A stretch of 64,000 nt of DNA from Bispira polyomma (Eukaryota): the NCBI GenBank assembly GCA_965649765.1, contig OZ287748.1, positions 68,324,001 through 68,388,000 on the forward strand, in the 5' to 3' direction. Shown piece by piece: positions 11,591-25,128 of the stretch. Every line of letters begins with the position of its first letter. Position 1 is the stretch's first letter. The translations under genes were made by a program, and so were the position numbers. The notes under the pieces are model-generated. The model was not told the DNA's origin. It worked only from the letters and a program-made list of their open reading frames with translations, and did not search any database.

Positions 11591-11795
11591 GTTTATTGGT
11601 TCAGCTGTGGTGGTGATAAGCTTGGTTTTCATCCTCATTATTGGACTAGTAGCCGGTCTGGCCACCCCGGCACTCGAAAATGGCGGAAGCCCGGATCCAC
11701 AACCAGGACCAATTGTGAATGTGACCTCATTGATTAAAAGTACGGCACAGATCAATCATCTGGAGTTCTTAAATCACATTGCTGCCCATTTGTAG
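11591..11795 (+). CDS. Putative exon of a small secreted or membrane-anchored protein
   Basis: Frame FIGSAVVVISLVFILIIGLVAGLATPALENGGSPDPQPGPIVNVTSLIK...: long hydrophobic helix, Pro/Gly linker, NVT sequon; GC-richer than flanks; polypyrimidine acceptor at ~11571. Start exon unresolved. Confidence 0.4.
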
Positions 11796-13411
11796 ACTGG
11801 ATGTAACAAAAGTGTTGTACATGAACTGTATGAAAATTAAAAATCACCAGCTGTGTAAAGGCGTGTGCTCTGTTGCAAAGAAAATGTTTAAACTTTAAAT
11901 TACAGGACGTAAACTCCATGCATATGTTGTGTTAATTATCTTGCGTTGCGTAGAAATTATACGCACAGTGTTTCTAACAAACGTATAGGGGAGGGTGTTT
12001 TCAACCATACACAATGCGTAGATTGAATATAATTGTTAATTTTCATAAATACCCTTGGACATGAAATACGGACATAATGTAGGCATCTGCTTAGTACGCA
12101 TACGCCTATGCAATTCTGATGAATTTTAACCTTTAGTAGAAATTATAGTTTTTAATTTATTTTCCTTTCAGTTACAATATAATACGGTGAACAGAATGAC
12201 AGATAGGATTTTGTTCTTTGATTACCAGATTCATAATGTTCTAGCAAATGTAATATACAATATTGCTAAATACCTATAATGAATAAATCAGTAATAGAAT
12301 TAATTAAAATAAGGTGGTTAATAATAACCATATATCAGGCCCCAATTCTTAATTAACATGCATAAAACAAAGTATATTTCAATAAAACAAAAACATGGTT
12401 ATGAGTATATATTATTGTTATTGGCAACAACACTGACTTAGTCTACATCAATAGTATAAAAAAAGACCTCCGAGCTTCCTGTTCCGTATACATATATATG
12501 TATATATGCTTGCTTTTTTTTAATCTGGAGTTGGTATATATTAAATTTTTGCTAAGCAAATATTTGGTAGTGTTTTATGATGAGCAAAATTTAACTGAAT
12601 GGCCCAACTTTTTATCATATGTGTAATATCCTGAGATTTATTATAGTATTGTTCCAATTTTTTTGTGGACATTTTGGATGAAAGATAATTTCCTTAATTT
12701 AGAATTTGAAAGTATAAAAGTTCTGGAATTCATTTTTACTATTAAATATTTTTGTTTTCGTTTGTTTGTTCAAATTTTTACTTGCAATTCATTTTTAACA
12801 CCCAAATTAATTAGATAAAACAGATAAAATTACTTTCTACCAAAACAATTTACTTGTATAGTTGTTGGAATCCCATTACAGATTATTAAATTAAATAAAA
12901 GAGATGCATTTATTTTATCAGTAGTAAAAAAAAACATAATTAATTGATACTTTTGTGTACAGTTTCTCTCATTGTAATTTACCACATGCATGAGTATTAA
13001 ATCATTTGAACAAAAAATTAATCAAAAGTATTGAACATCATAATAAACTTTAATTCTGATTAACTGGTTCTGTAAATATTGGGATGTTTTATGTTTGTGT
13101 TTAAGAAAATCTGAAAATAATTGAAATTCCTTCAAATAAATAAATAAATAGAAAGATTATTTTTATTATTAAACCCAAAATTATATATTTAGTGCCAATT
13201 TGTGCCGGTTTAATAAAGTTTGAAAAAAATTCTTTCTAAAACAGATAAATGCATTTTTCTTTATTCTTGTGACCATGTAACGGTATAAATTAGTACATCT
13301 TGTAGTGAATAATGACGATAAACACATTTACTTGTCAGTTAACATTTTATGGAATTTTTTGAGTGTGTGTTTCAAAAGATATAATCGAATAGAAAAAGCG
13401 ACAAAAATAGA

Positions 13412-13500
13412 TTAATTGAATTCTGTATAAATGTAACATAGTTGATTAAATTCTGTATAAATGTATCATACTTGATTGAATTCTGTATTAATGTACCATA
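13412..13500. repeat. 30-bp tandem repeat, 3 copies
   Basis: ttgattgaattctgtataaatgtaxcata repeated. Confidence 0.8.
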
Positions 13501-14012
13501 GCTAATGTGATTAATTGTTTTCTTTGAAATCTCTACACAATGCAAATGAAAGATTAATTTATTATAGATGTTAACAAGCTTTAGACAATCTTTTTCTGAT
13601 AAAATGTTAATTAATGTTAATGCAATGCCTGTAACTTCAATTTTACAAAAGGTAAGAATTCAATATAAATGAATACATGAAAGGAGTCTTTCAATGAATT
13701 AATACTGGGCTGGGTTTCTTCCTAATGATAGTTGATTTGAATATATTTCTGACGCCAGTGTTACAATTTAAGTAAATATATTTGCAAAGTTCCCCAATTT
13801 GAACTTATCGTGTGGCATCATGCTTGCTACGGGTATAATTGCTTAATAATATTTTTTTGTAAATGCACTTGTAAACCTATTTCTTGACTATTTTATAACA
13901 AAATCTCACCTATACTTACCTGCACCATAAATTGCACCATAAATTGCAGTAATGCTTATTCTCCTGGGTTTTATTAACACAATCCTTTCATGAGTGTAAA
14001 AAAACCGTTTAA

Positions 14013-14068
14013 ATTACGTCACACTACGAAACATTTAATGACGTCATAATCACAGTAATGATGTCACT
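14013..14068. promoter_or_regulatory. Cluster of CRE/ATF-like motifs upstream of the 174-aa ORF
   Basis: ttacgtca (~14013), palindromic tgacgtca (~14039) and tgatgtca (~14059), 130-190 bp before the ATG. Confidence 0.35.
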
Positions 14069-14198
14069 TTTTTTTTCGTCAGTTTCTAAGATGTCCAGCA
14101 ACTAAGCTAAAAATATGTTTTTGTTTACACATACCATCAAATAAGAAAAACGTAAAAGGGATTGCAACTCATAATAAGCTGTACAACCAACAGATGAA

Positions 14199-14723
14199 AT
14201 GTGTAGATTAATGAAATTTATCTTTTTTTTAATTTTACTCCAAATATTCCTGTTATTTGCGGCATTTTTCGCGGCTATAGCGTCAGAAAATAGCCCCGAG
14301 TACTACAACACAGAATCAGTACATATTCCCTCCAGGAAACTGTTGAAGAAAGGCGATAGCGACAAAGACTACAAATGGTACGATGATGATAGTGATGTCA
14401 CAGGAAACTCCGAAGACGAGCCGAAAGTTCCGACCTTGCACCGAGTGAACAAGAAGCTCTGGGAAAAACGGAAGCTTGTTTTGGCGGGCATTATCTTGGG
14501 AATTCCCCTGAGTTTCCTTATCGAATTCCTTATTGCTCTCTGCTACAATGCCTTGCTGAATTGCGGTTTCTCGGCGTATGTCAGATGTATGGAGCCAATA
14601 TATTGTATAATGAATTGGGATGTGGGTTATCTGCATATCTGCCAAACGTACTGGCTAATGGGGTTGGACTTTCCTACCTACGACCACTATAAGGAACAGA
14701 AAGATGCATACACAAACGGTTAA
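14199..14723 (+). CDS. Intronless 174-aa orphan protein: signal peptide, acidic segment, TM helix, Cys/aromatic-rich C-terminus
   Basis: Uninterrupted ORF, GC/CpG-rich in very AT-rich flanks; MKFIFFLILLQIFLLFAAFFAAIAS leader; LVLAGIILGIPLSFLIEFLIALCY TM segment. Confidence 0.75.
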   Translation: MCRLMKFIFFLILLQIFLLFAAFFAAIASENSPEYYNTESVHIPSRKLLKKGDSDKDYKWYDDDSDVTGNSEDEPKVPTLHRVNKKLWEKRKLVLAGIILGIPLSFLIEFLIALCYNALLNCGFSAYVRCMEPIYCIMNWDVGYLHICQTYWLMGLDFPTYDHYKEQKDAYTNG

Positions 14724-15979
14724 AGGCCGTTTCACACTTTTATTATTTTATTTGTTTATACATAAAATTGCAATATCTGATATATTTTGTTTATGTTAAA
14801 TAGCTGTATATATTATTTTATTGAATATAATATTTTTTACATTTAATACAGCTTTTTACTTATTTCCTTTGTTGCATTGCAAAAGTCTATAACTATACAT
14901 AATTAACCGACTGAGAAAACACCATTTCGAAATGCTCCTGATTTAGTGCGCGTAATTTAATTTTTAATTTGTTTCTGAGGAGACCAGCCGACGGCCGACA
15001 GCAATTCTGTCAGTTTAGGTGATTTATTTATTTAAAAGTGTTTCCATGTGAGCAATGCCAACGGGCGGTGGAGAATGCCAGGCGATTTTTTCGGTACCAG
15101 GACCGAAAAAATCGCATGCCGCCGTGTAAACACTGCCAATTCTATATTAATAACTCAGAAATTACTAATGGCAAAAATTTCATAAAAATATGGTAAAAAA
15201 GCGTGTTTTATCAGGTATATTGTGTATTTTGTTGCATCAAAATCGGTTGAGAAATGGCTAAAATATTCAAGTTTAAATACAGGTATCTAGTTTTTGCAAA
15301 TAATTGTATGACAACCTAAAAATTGCAGATTGCCGTTGGACATCGGTTGATCACCTTAGAAAGTTGCCTGCATGGAAATGCTCACTTATAATCTATATTA
15401 TCATACCTCGGCTGTGAATCCAGCGATTCTATTGGGTAAAATGCGATCCAATGACATAACATAAAACCTGATATGGCCCCGGAGTCGGGGGCCTATTTCA
15501 CTGCAGTGGGCCATATCATTTACAAAGAGTATCTTTATTAAAAATTCTAAAAAATCCTTCGGTATAATAAACAGAATATCAATATATGTGCTCAATAGGT
15601 TGCTGGGATTGTAAGCCACCTTTTTTGGTAGAAAAGGAAGGCTTACATTGTAGAAACGGTTATTCTGACTTTCTTTTCTTAAGTCAGGCTTTCAATTTAC
15701 AAATATAAGTCATTTTACTAAAAACAATCCCCTTTTCAACATCTTCTGATAAATATTGCAGCAACATCAAAATAACTCATTTGAAAGAATACAAGATCAT
15801 ATTTTCATGTTGATGAAGTCAGCTTGATAATTGAGAGAATCATCTTACTTCTTCTGGTCTGTAGATTAAATGCAATGTTGCAAGCTACATGTTAATGATG
15901 CCAGTTTGGTAAGGTTGCCCCCTCTGCTCTTCTAGCCTGTGCCAGTGTCATGAGCAACAGCTAGTTAGTATTATTATCT

Positions 15980-16260
15980 GGTCCCCTGTGGCCTGATGGT
16001 TAGGGATTCTACTCTAGGTAGCCGCTGCTAGTTTCATTGGTGGGATAATATCCTACAGCAAGATATGTACATGCGTTTGCCTAGTGGCTTGGATGACCAC
16101 TTAAAATGGCGGTCCTCTGTCACTGTCACATGAGTCCTAACCCCAATGGCAAGATAAAGATTCTTGGGAATGTTGATAAATGCTCATCATCAAGCCTCTC
16201 TCTTCAATTGGGGGAATAACAGCAACTGATGCAGTTGACTCTTACAGTCAGGAAAGGGTT
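15980..16260 (+). mobile_element. Degenerate tRNA-derived SINE (second family)
   Basis: A-box-like tggcctgatggtt; body tagtttcattggtgggataatatcct recurs inverted at ~18570-18670, ~42770 and ~47655; 3' part repeated at ~16683-16840. Confidence 0.5.
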
Positions 16261-18763
16261 AATTAACACTCCAAATACCAGATCAGGGTAGATCAGATCA
16301 GTATATATAATTTTGAATACAAAATCTGAGCCCTAGTGGGGTTAAGTGCACTGTAAAAAGTAAAGATTTTTGGGGGTCAACGTTCCAGCAGAAATGAAAT
16401 CCTGGGCCGATAGTCAAAAAGATTCTTATTATTAAATTTTTATCTCAATCAATTTGATTGGCTGAAAATATTGTGTTCTAAAGAATCTGATTGGCTAAGA
16501 ATATGAAAATACCAAGACTTGTATGCTAAGAATATTTGTGAATATTGCCTTTGGGGATTCCATATTTGGGGACCAGGTTGCCATGGCCATCGCAATGGGA
16601 TTCTAGTATGCAATTAAGAAATGAAATCCACACATTAGTTTTATATATCCTCAAGGCAGATTTTCTAAATTACAGCTAATTGAAATGGCGGTCCTCTGTC
16701 ATTGGGTCCTATCCACAGAGACTCGCTAAATACCATTGGGAATGTTGATAAATTGTCATCCTCAAGCCTCTCTCTTATTAACCTAGGAACACTGAAGACC
16801 CTTGGGGACTTGAATGAATGATGTCATCCTCAAGCATATTCTTTTAGTTAAGGCAATAACAGTTACAGAATCCACAGTTTCATGAACATTCCACAAAAAT
16901 ATAGATATTTCAAAATAAATCTTCCTTTTTTTTTATACACTTGTCCTATTTATAATAAATGACAAAACAAACTTGTGCTTCATAATACCGTTAACTATGA
17001 CAAAATTTACTTTTTTTGAAACAAAAAACCTGTTTATGAACAGTGTTTTTTTTACAAATATATAGACCAATTGAATCATATGCATAATGTGCTGCAATTT
17101 TATTGATTAATAATTACATATACATGAACAAAATAGTTTTGAAATCATGTCTCTAATTATAGCCTTCTGATAATATTTTTACATGAAATTCTCTATCAAC
17201 TCTTTTAATATTCTCAGGGAACAAAGGAGTTATTTGATTAAATAGGTCATGACTCATGCCTGTACAGAATTTGACAAACCAATTCACTGACTATCCATAA
17301 CATATATCGATCTCATACTCTACAAATTTTGCCTTATGGCCTTTCCATGGATTATAGACATTTCATAGAAAACATGGAGTATTTGAGAATGGCAAGTTCT
17401 ATTGTCAATTGACACAACTTTTAACAGTTGTACGTTCCAGATTATGCTATTATTTATACAACTTATGTACTAAGCTGTGTATTTTAGGTACTAAGATGAT
17501 TGTCTTCATCAACAAATGATCAGATTTGTGCTAAATAATGCATAAAGTAGAACAACACTCTTTATTTCTATCTCCCATTAACCACTACTCTTACAAGATG
17601 TTAAATGTGGGTGGGGCTTTCCTTTTTAGTACAATATGTTAAATGTGTGTGGGGCTTTCCTTTTTAGTGTTCTTGTGAAATTGTAATTACCTAATTGCAG
17701 CTTTGTCACATGGAAAGCCGTAGAAAAAGCCATCACGGGGAAGGATTGTTCAGGCAATCTTGTCATCTTTTCTCATTACAGGTAAATTACAAAGCTGATA
17801 TCATGAACAAAATGTATGATTAAATCCCTGGAGAGTGATTACCCAGTAATATCTATTACCCATAATACTTCCTCCTTGATTCCAGGGTATGAGGCTTGTG
17901 TTTGTTAAATATTAGTAGTTTCTGGGTCACCATTTATTTGCATATTGTTGTTTTAGGGTTTTTTAAAGGTGGGTGGGTTGTTGTTTTTTGTTTTTTTTTG
18001 GTTGCAAATACAGTTTTGTAAATTTTGAATTTAATATTGTTTCAACAGGTATGTTAGACTTTTTTTTTCATAAATGTACCTGTAGTTGCCACTTTAGGGG
18101 TTAGCATTAAGTATGAGCAGTTCACACAGTTTTTACCATTCTTTGGTTGCATTTTCAAATTTCCAATTAATCGTCTACATTTGTTATGATTTTTATTATT
18201 AGAAATCTTTTAATATATTATAATCACACATCTGTACATAAGGGCCCTAGAATCTTTTTTTTTCTGTTTCATATATTTATATTTTATATTACAGTTATAG
18301 AGACAGAAACTGAAAAAAAACAAAAACATATATCAACCTAGTCTCTAGATTATTTAAAATTATCAGGAACCAATCCTGCTGCTGAGGAAGTTAAAATGTA
18401 TATAACGAAATAGGACATTTGTTGTAGCACACTTACTAATCACAGCGTCTTTTCAAATGCACTTCCTCATGGGCTGCCACTGTGGGTTCCGAGGCTTGTT
18501 TAAGGATGACCATTTCTCAACGTCCCCAAGAATCTTTAATCTGCCACTGGAGATAGCACTCAGTGACAGAGGATGTTATGCCACCAAATGAAACTAGCAG
18601 TTGGTACTGGGCATAGAACCAGGGACCTTATGATTATCATACCGACACCCTAACTACGAGCACTAGATCACAAAATCGCTATATAACACATTTAAAGTCA
18701 AATAATTATCTCATTGGAGTTCCTGGATTACTATGAAAACAACAATACAACTCTTGTGCCAAA

Positions 18764-21700
18764 TAGTCCTTAGGCTATTTCTCAGAAGAGGCTTAAAAAA
18801 AATTTCGCGGCCAAATCTCCCATATTAGGTTTATTGGTCTTATTTTGTAGATTTTAATATCAGGAAAAAGATTAGACCAGGTAACCCTGTGAGAAAGTGT
18901 CCAAAATATGAAAAAAAAAGTAAAATTCAAGATGGCCGCCACGTCAACAGATGAAATCAAATTTTCATCATATCTCAACTTCTAGACCAGCTAGAAACTT
19001 ACTTTTTGTATCTATACCTATGTTTTTGGGGTCAAGGAATCTAATAAAGTACATATTAATAATATTTATCCAACATTTATAGAATAAATCCACAATGGAC
19101 AACATTTGAGTGGAAAAAAGTACACTGATTTTCCTCTGTCATGTTCAAAAGTATGTCAAGTTCAGTTTTTCATCTTTCGGATACAACTATAAAAAAATTG
19201 TTTTTTATTTTAAATGAAAATAGGATAATTTTTGTACTTTTTGGGTGATACACAAGACTTTTAAAGCAGTCAAACATGTATAAAAATGAAATATATATAG
19301 TTAATGAGGCAAGACTTAATTCTTAATTCTCTGCACATCCGCACTGTATGCCTGACTTAGCTCAAATGATTTGAATGTCATTTGTTAATGGGCAATACAT
19401 CACTTGCGTCTTCATAACTGGGCAGGTTATATACACACCATAATGATTATGAATACAAAATCTTCAGTTCAGTCTTTATCAATAGTGACTCATCAGAGGT
19501 GAGTATTTTTAAATATTTTATTGTTAAGTTAAGCTATTTCAATTCATAGAATGAGCTAAGACAGAGCTCTGCTTGTTTTTCAATCAGAAGATTTACTAAA
19601 ATTGTAGGACATATTCCAACACATGTCTAAACTGAATCATTTTAAATATATATGTGAAGTGGACCCAAAAGCAATATTTACATATTTAGTTCCACGCAAG
19701 TTTTAAATTATTCACTATCAAGAGGACCATAAAATGTTGAGATTAATTGGATGACTCAGATAAAATGAACATCTTGAATATAATTGTTTTGAATGTGACA
19801 AATGACACTCAGTTAATCCTGGATTAATTTCTAGGGCTGGAACCGTTCAAATGCTGCAGAGTAGTGAAGATGTTAGTCTTCCCCATAGTGTTGGGTACCT
19901 GCCAGTTATCAACAAGTCACCAAATGAGCTTGCCACAGTTTTTACAGTCCTCTCCAATGCAATGGATGTGGTTGATGCTGTCGACTATGGACCATCCACT
20001 CAAGATGCTATACCCAAACCATCTGTGATAGTGACAGTGGATCAGGCTATATATGCCAAAGCAGCAGAGGTGGTTAATAATACATGTCTCAAAGATGACC
20101 TTGAGCGTATACCTTTTCATACTGGTTTAAAACACATTGATGTCATTGGCTGTAGCTATGGGAGTGCGGGTTTGCGTGACATTCTTGTCGAAGCTGGAAT
20201 TGTAGCTGAAGGCAGTGTTAATCAAGTTCTCAATTGTCGTCACTACAATTGTGCCATAAATGCTCTGAAGACAGTGCTTGAAGCTATGTGGCATCTACGT
20301 TTGGATGCCTATCTGAGATAGAGGGATGATAAAGAATTGCCAGCATTCCAGGACTTGTTGTGGCGTGTATCACAATTTTGGCATGATCTGTCACGTGTTC
20401 CATTAGAAGAGCTGGTTGCTTCTGCAGAATTTGCCAGCTTAAAGAAGAAGTTTGGCTGCTTCACCATGTCATAGTTTCTCAAATCAGCGTATGGAAGGTA
20501 ATGCATTCAGCAGAATTGCCCATGATCAAACTATAGAGGTAACCATCAACAGAGAAACAAAGACAAGTGGTGGTCAGATAGGAAAGACTCTACGTCACAA
20601 GAGTGTTAACCAGTGGGTCTGGACAGCTGCTGACAAGGCCCAGTATTATCTCTGTAGGAAGCAGCTAAGTGGTATGAATGAGGCCGGCTTTGAGACACAC
20701 AAAGATTGCTCACTGGCACGAGTAACTCATGATGAACAAGTTGTATAAAAGGTCATGAAAACAGTTTCAAATCTTATTGACCCTTACACTCACCAGGAAG
20801 TAATCACCCATGTTGCCTCAGGAAAACATGCTACACTGGAAGTAGAGGCAGATCTCCTATCTGCTAGGCAAGTAGGGCTGAAACAAGTTTACACATTTGC
20901 TACTGACAGGCTTAGCATAGGTGGTGAAATTGGCTTCCATAATCCTTTACCAAAGTTAAGACTGAAAACATTTGCACTATTAAGTCCAAGAAGGTCACAA
21001 AGAGAGATTCCTAGCAAGAAACGACTGCTGTATTTGCACATCTGTATGACGGTTGACGGAGAAGTCAGGTGAGCCATAACGAATTGATGTCATATGAACT
21101 CACCAGTGTACCCAGATCTCTGGCAGACAAATCTGATCTCCTTCACATACTCAGGGATGAGGCTGCAGATGCGCCACTTCCATTATTGGCTAATATAACA
21201 CACATAGTAGATGTCATGGCTGTACTTCAGTCACTGAAACCAAATGCCCCATATGACCATCTGACACTGCAGGTATTCAAGTCGATGTTAAAAGGAATGG
21301 GGATCACACACATCAAGTTGATCTGTTTTCCAATCATGAAGAAGCCGATACAAGCCTTCTCCTTCATGCCAAACATGCTAGCTAAGAAAGTGATGCACCA
21401 ATCCTCTCAGATCACCAGAGACAGATGTCCTTGTGTTGGCTGTTTTCTTGTGTATTACGGAAAAATTACTATTGTTGTTTAGAGTACAAAAAAATGAAAC
21501 ATGGTCATATATCAATGTGACAAGTATTGCTGACAGTCTAGGACAGAGTGTGTGTAAAGGTCTACTTGGTATGCATGCCTTTAGTGGTTGTGACTTCGCA
21601 AGTAGATTTGCTGGACCTGGGAAAACAAAAGTAGTGACACTTGCAATGGAAAACTATGAATTTTGCCAGGCCATGAAATCCCTAGGTGAGAACTTTGATC

Positions 21701-23031
21701 CAGATGCTGAAACATTAAAACAGGCAGAGAAGGCTATATGTTACCTGTATAATTCAGCACATTGTACCAACACCAATGATGTGCGTAGTGAGAAATGGAA
21801 TAGGCAAACCAACGAAATCACAAAGCTGCCTCCATGCCATGATAGTGCCATTCTGCACATCAGAAAAGCAAACTATCAAGCTACAATCCGGGAGAGATGT
21901 TTGAAAAGTCAAATGGAAATTCCTTCCCCACATGGCCATGGATGGATTATAAATGGAAGTGACATATCCATTTTGTGGATGTCCCAAGCACGTGCGCCAA
22001 AGAAAGTGCTACACATAGTGAAGTGTTTTTGCAAGTCTGCCACTCCTTGTAGTAGAAAGAAATGTCATTGTCGACAAAAGGGATACCCTTGTATGCTAGT
22101 CTGTATGTGTAATGATGATTGCTGTAATACTAATGACTTTGCCACAAATGATGAAATTGATTGAGCAAATGAATATGGGAACTATTTAATCCCCAGAGTA
22201 AATTATTATTCAAGAGTGTTGTGTAATATGTAAGAGAATGCCAGTATATGTTAAACTGTACTAGTTATTTATGACATGACATGACAGAAATTTGTTATAA
22301 TATTAAGAATATAGGTCAAATGGAAGAAATTTTCCCATAAGGATATTGGATGGTATTATGTCAATACACTGATGAATATATCTACAGTAGTCAGATTTGT
22401 GGTACTATTAGTTTGTGAGATGTGCTTAATAACTAAAATTCTTACTTTCAATTTAACCAACTGGCATAATAGATGCACATATTTTATATATTAAGCATGA
22501 ATCTACTGACACATCTTCATCTGCAACAAAGTATTAACTAATGGCCTATGGATTGATAATACCTTGAATCTATTAATTCTTTTGACAGAATATAATGATT
22601 GCATGGCACAAACTCGAACGGCACTGAACATGACATGCCTTTAAACATGACACAGGAAAATCAGTGTACTTTTTTCTACTTAAATGTTGTCCATTGTGGA
22701 TTTATTCTATAAATGTTGGGTAAATATTATTAATATGTACTTTATTGTACTTGACTTGATTCCTTGACCCCAAAAAACATAGGTATAGATACAAAAAGTA
22801 AGTTTCTAGCTGGTCTAGAAGTTGAGATATGATGAAAATTGGATTTCATCTGTTGACATGGCGTCCATCTTGAATTTTACGTTTTTTTTTTATATTTCGG
22901 ACACTTTGACACAGGGTTACCTGGTCTAATATTTTTCCTGATATAAAAATCTACAAAATAAGACCAAAAAACCTTATATGGGAGAGTTGGCCACGAATTT
23001 TTTTTTTTTTTCTAAAATAGCCTAAGGACTA
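18764..23031 (+). mobile_element. Degenerate Academ-superfamily DNA transposon (XPG-domain type), 4.27 kb
   Basis: TIRs ~400 bp (18764-~19166 vs ~22623-23031) starting TAGTCCTTAGGCTATTT and ending AAATAGCCTAAGGACTA; AAA on both flanks (3-bp TSD); internal transposase plus XPG-like nuclease plus Cys-rich finger, the Academ architecture. Confidence 0.85.
19834..22164 (+). pseudogene. Frameshifted Academ transposase: DDE-region, XPG/FEN1-like nuclease, C-terminal Cys-rich zinc finger
   Basis: Five tandem ORF pieces with motifs TVDQAIYAKA, HYNCA, DQTIEVTINR, HEEAD (21335-21349, in a frame absent from the ORF track), SPETDV, HAFSGCD..S.F.G.GK, LPP...H..KANYQ, PSPHGHGW and CFCK...C....CHC....YPC...CMC...CCN; stops and frameshifts between pieces. 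Confidence 0.85.
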
Positions 23032-25080
23032 AAAGTAAATATGACCTTTATGTAGTAACAAAGAACTAAATCCTTATTTTTAAAACATGTCATAACATCC
23101 CTATAATAATGAGCAGGGAACTAACTAGCCTGAAGCAGCTATTTATATACTTTCAGCAACAGTAAACAGGGTGTCAACTAGCTAACATACAGGCCTTATT
23201 TATACAGTCACTGTACTGTTCCTGTAATAATATAGCTTGATTTCCTTTCTTTGAAAGAGTGAATGGTTGCTTTCTCTCAGCAATAAAAGATCATATTTAT
23301 TTCTACTATGTGGTGTGTATGTGGGACAGTTGACAGTAGACTTGCTGAAGGCTGTTCTGTTTGCAGAGCAGAAAAGTACCCTGCTACTATTTGCCTTTAA
23401 TTGTATAATATAGAGATTTATCACACATAAACATACTTACGACCAAAGTACAGCATTTAAATAAGCGCTCAATAATTAGACATCGACAGTAATAAGTAAA
23501 TTCAATGAAATTTAGGTCCATTACTGCAATAGACCTTGATATAGAATTAAAAGTGTAAGGAATATTATTATTATACATTTATGATGCGCTTTACTGATAA
23601 TAGGCATCTTCTAAAGCGAAAAAAACTGTGCGACTGTTCCATAACAAGGGGGTGCGGTAAAGAAAGCTCTGAATACAGCCTTCCTGGTGGGTTTAACAGA
23701 CATAACAGAAAGTCAAGTATCTCTCTTCAGGTTACTGAAAGAGAGAAGGGAGGTAATGTTGGAGGACTGTTGATTTGATTTTACAGCCTTAAATTTGGTG
23801 ATATGAAGTTTGAACCAAAGTCTGTAGTGAATGAGAGGCAGTGCAGTTTTTTCAGGTATAGGGTGACATCAATGCGAATGCCCAGGCGATAAATGACCCT
23901 GCATAGATAGTTTTGAATGGACTGCAGCTTTTTAATCTATGACTTATCAATATATAACTGTTCCCTATTTCACCTTTTTTGTTCTTAAGAATTGAAGAAT
24001 ACTAGAATTTTGAATACAATTTTAAAGAATGCTTTGTTATTATATTTTTATACGTTGAGGTCACTAATACAAATTTTAATACATGACAGCTAGAAGACAA
24101 TCCAAATGGTAAAACATAATTAAGGTAGTTATAGAAGTAGAAAATGCACTATGTGTACCTGTAAAATGTACACATCTGAGGGACGTCATAAAGGACACAC
24201 AATACAAATCTGAGGGACATCAGTGCACCATGGGTGACTGTTGTTGAAGGTTGAAGGCGACTGTTATTGAGGGCGACTGTTATTGAGGTCCCTCCCCCCC
24301 CTCCCGTTTTTTATTACTTTAGCACTTCCCATTTTGTGCTTATCAACCAGCAAAACACACACATACACACTTGCCACCCTTGTCAAGAAAAATGGGCTAT
24401 TTACTCGCTTTACTTACCTCTATTTGACTAGCATTTCCAAGGCACAATGTTAGAAACAAAGGGGTTTAAAGCCTTTTGAACGGTATTATTATCATTGAAT
24501 ATTTACTTCATAGTAATTGTACTATATCTCGGATTTGTAGAAATATGTTTCTAGACAGTTAAAGATAAGAATTAATTTATTTTCCTGTTTTTCTGGTTTT
24601 GGTGTTTTTTTGGTCTTTTGTATACCAAGTGTCTAAACAACAAGTACACAAAAAAATAACATAATTTTTGAAGGGTGATACCTAGATGTGTGTTCTTTGA
24701 ATATAAAAAATATATATATACACCAATACACAATTTAAATCACTCTTGATTGATATTATAAAAGAGTAATTTATCTTTTTGTGATATTTTATCTTAATAT
24801 ACGCCTCAAACAAAGCTACTATCGGCAGACAACAACAAAAAAAAAAACCTCTACAATGAGCAAATTTACCCACTTACTGGGTGATTACAAAAAGGAACTG
24901 TGTGTGAGAGCTTTACCACAGCACTAAGAAAATAACAATATCAAATAGCTACTGTAGATTCTATGAAGTGACTTTACAGGTAACAACCAGCCTTTTGTTT
25001 CTGTTATTCTGTATGTCTATATGTACTTCTCCTACCCCTCCATTATTCGTGAATGAAGAGCTGCACTCAATAGATGGTCG

Positions 25081-25128
25081 TGGTAATGATGTTATTACAA
25101 TAGATATATTGTAATAACATCATTACCA
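25081..25128. repeat. Perfect hairpin, 22-bp arms and 4-nt loop
   Basis: tggtaatgatgttattacaata-gata-tattgtaataacatcattacca. Confidence 0.95.

Noticed and set aside
14721-14738. Harbinger-like TIR aggccgtttcacac directly after the TAA stop of the 174-aa ORF
   Set aside because: No convincing partner TIR or second TSD found.
21433-22164. Host XPG/FEN1 or CXC-domain gene
   Set aside because: It lies between long TIRs as the last piece of a frameshifted transposase frame.
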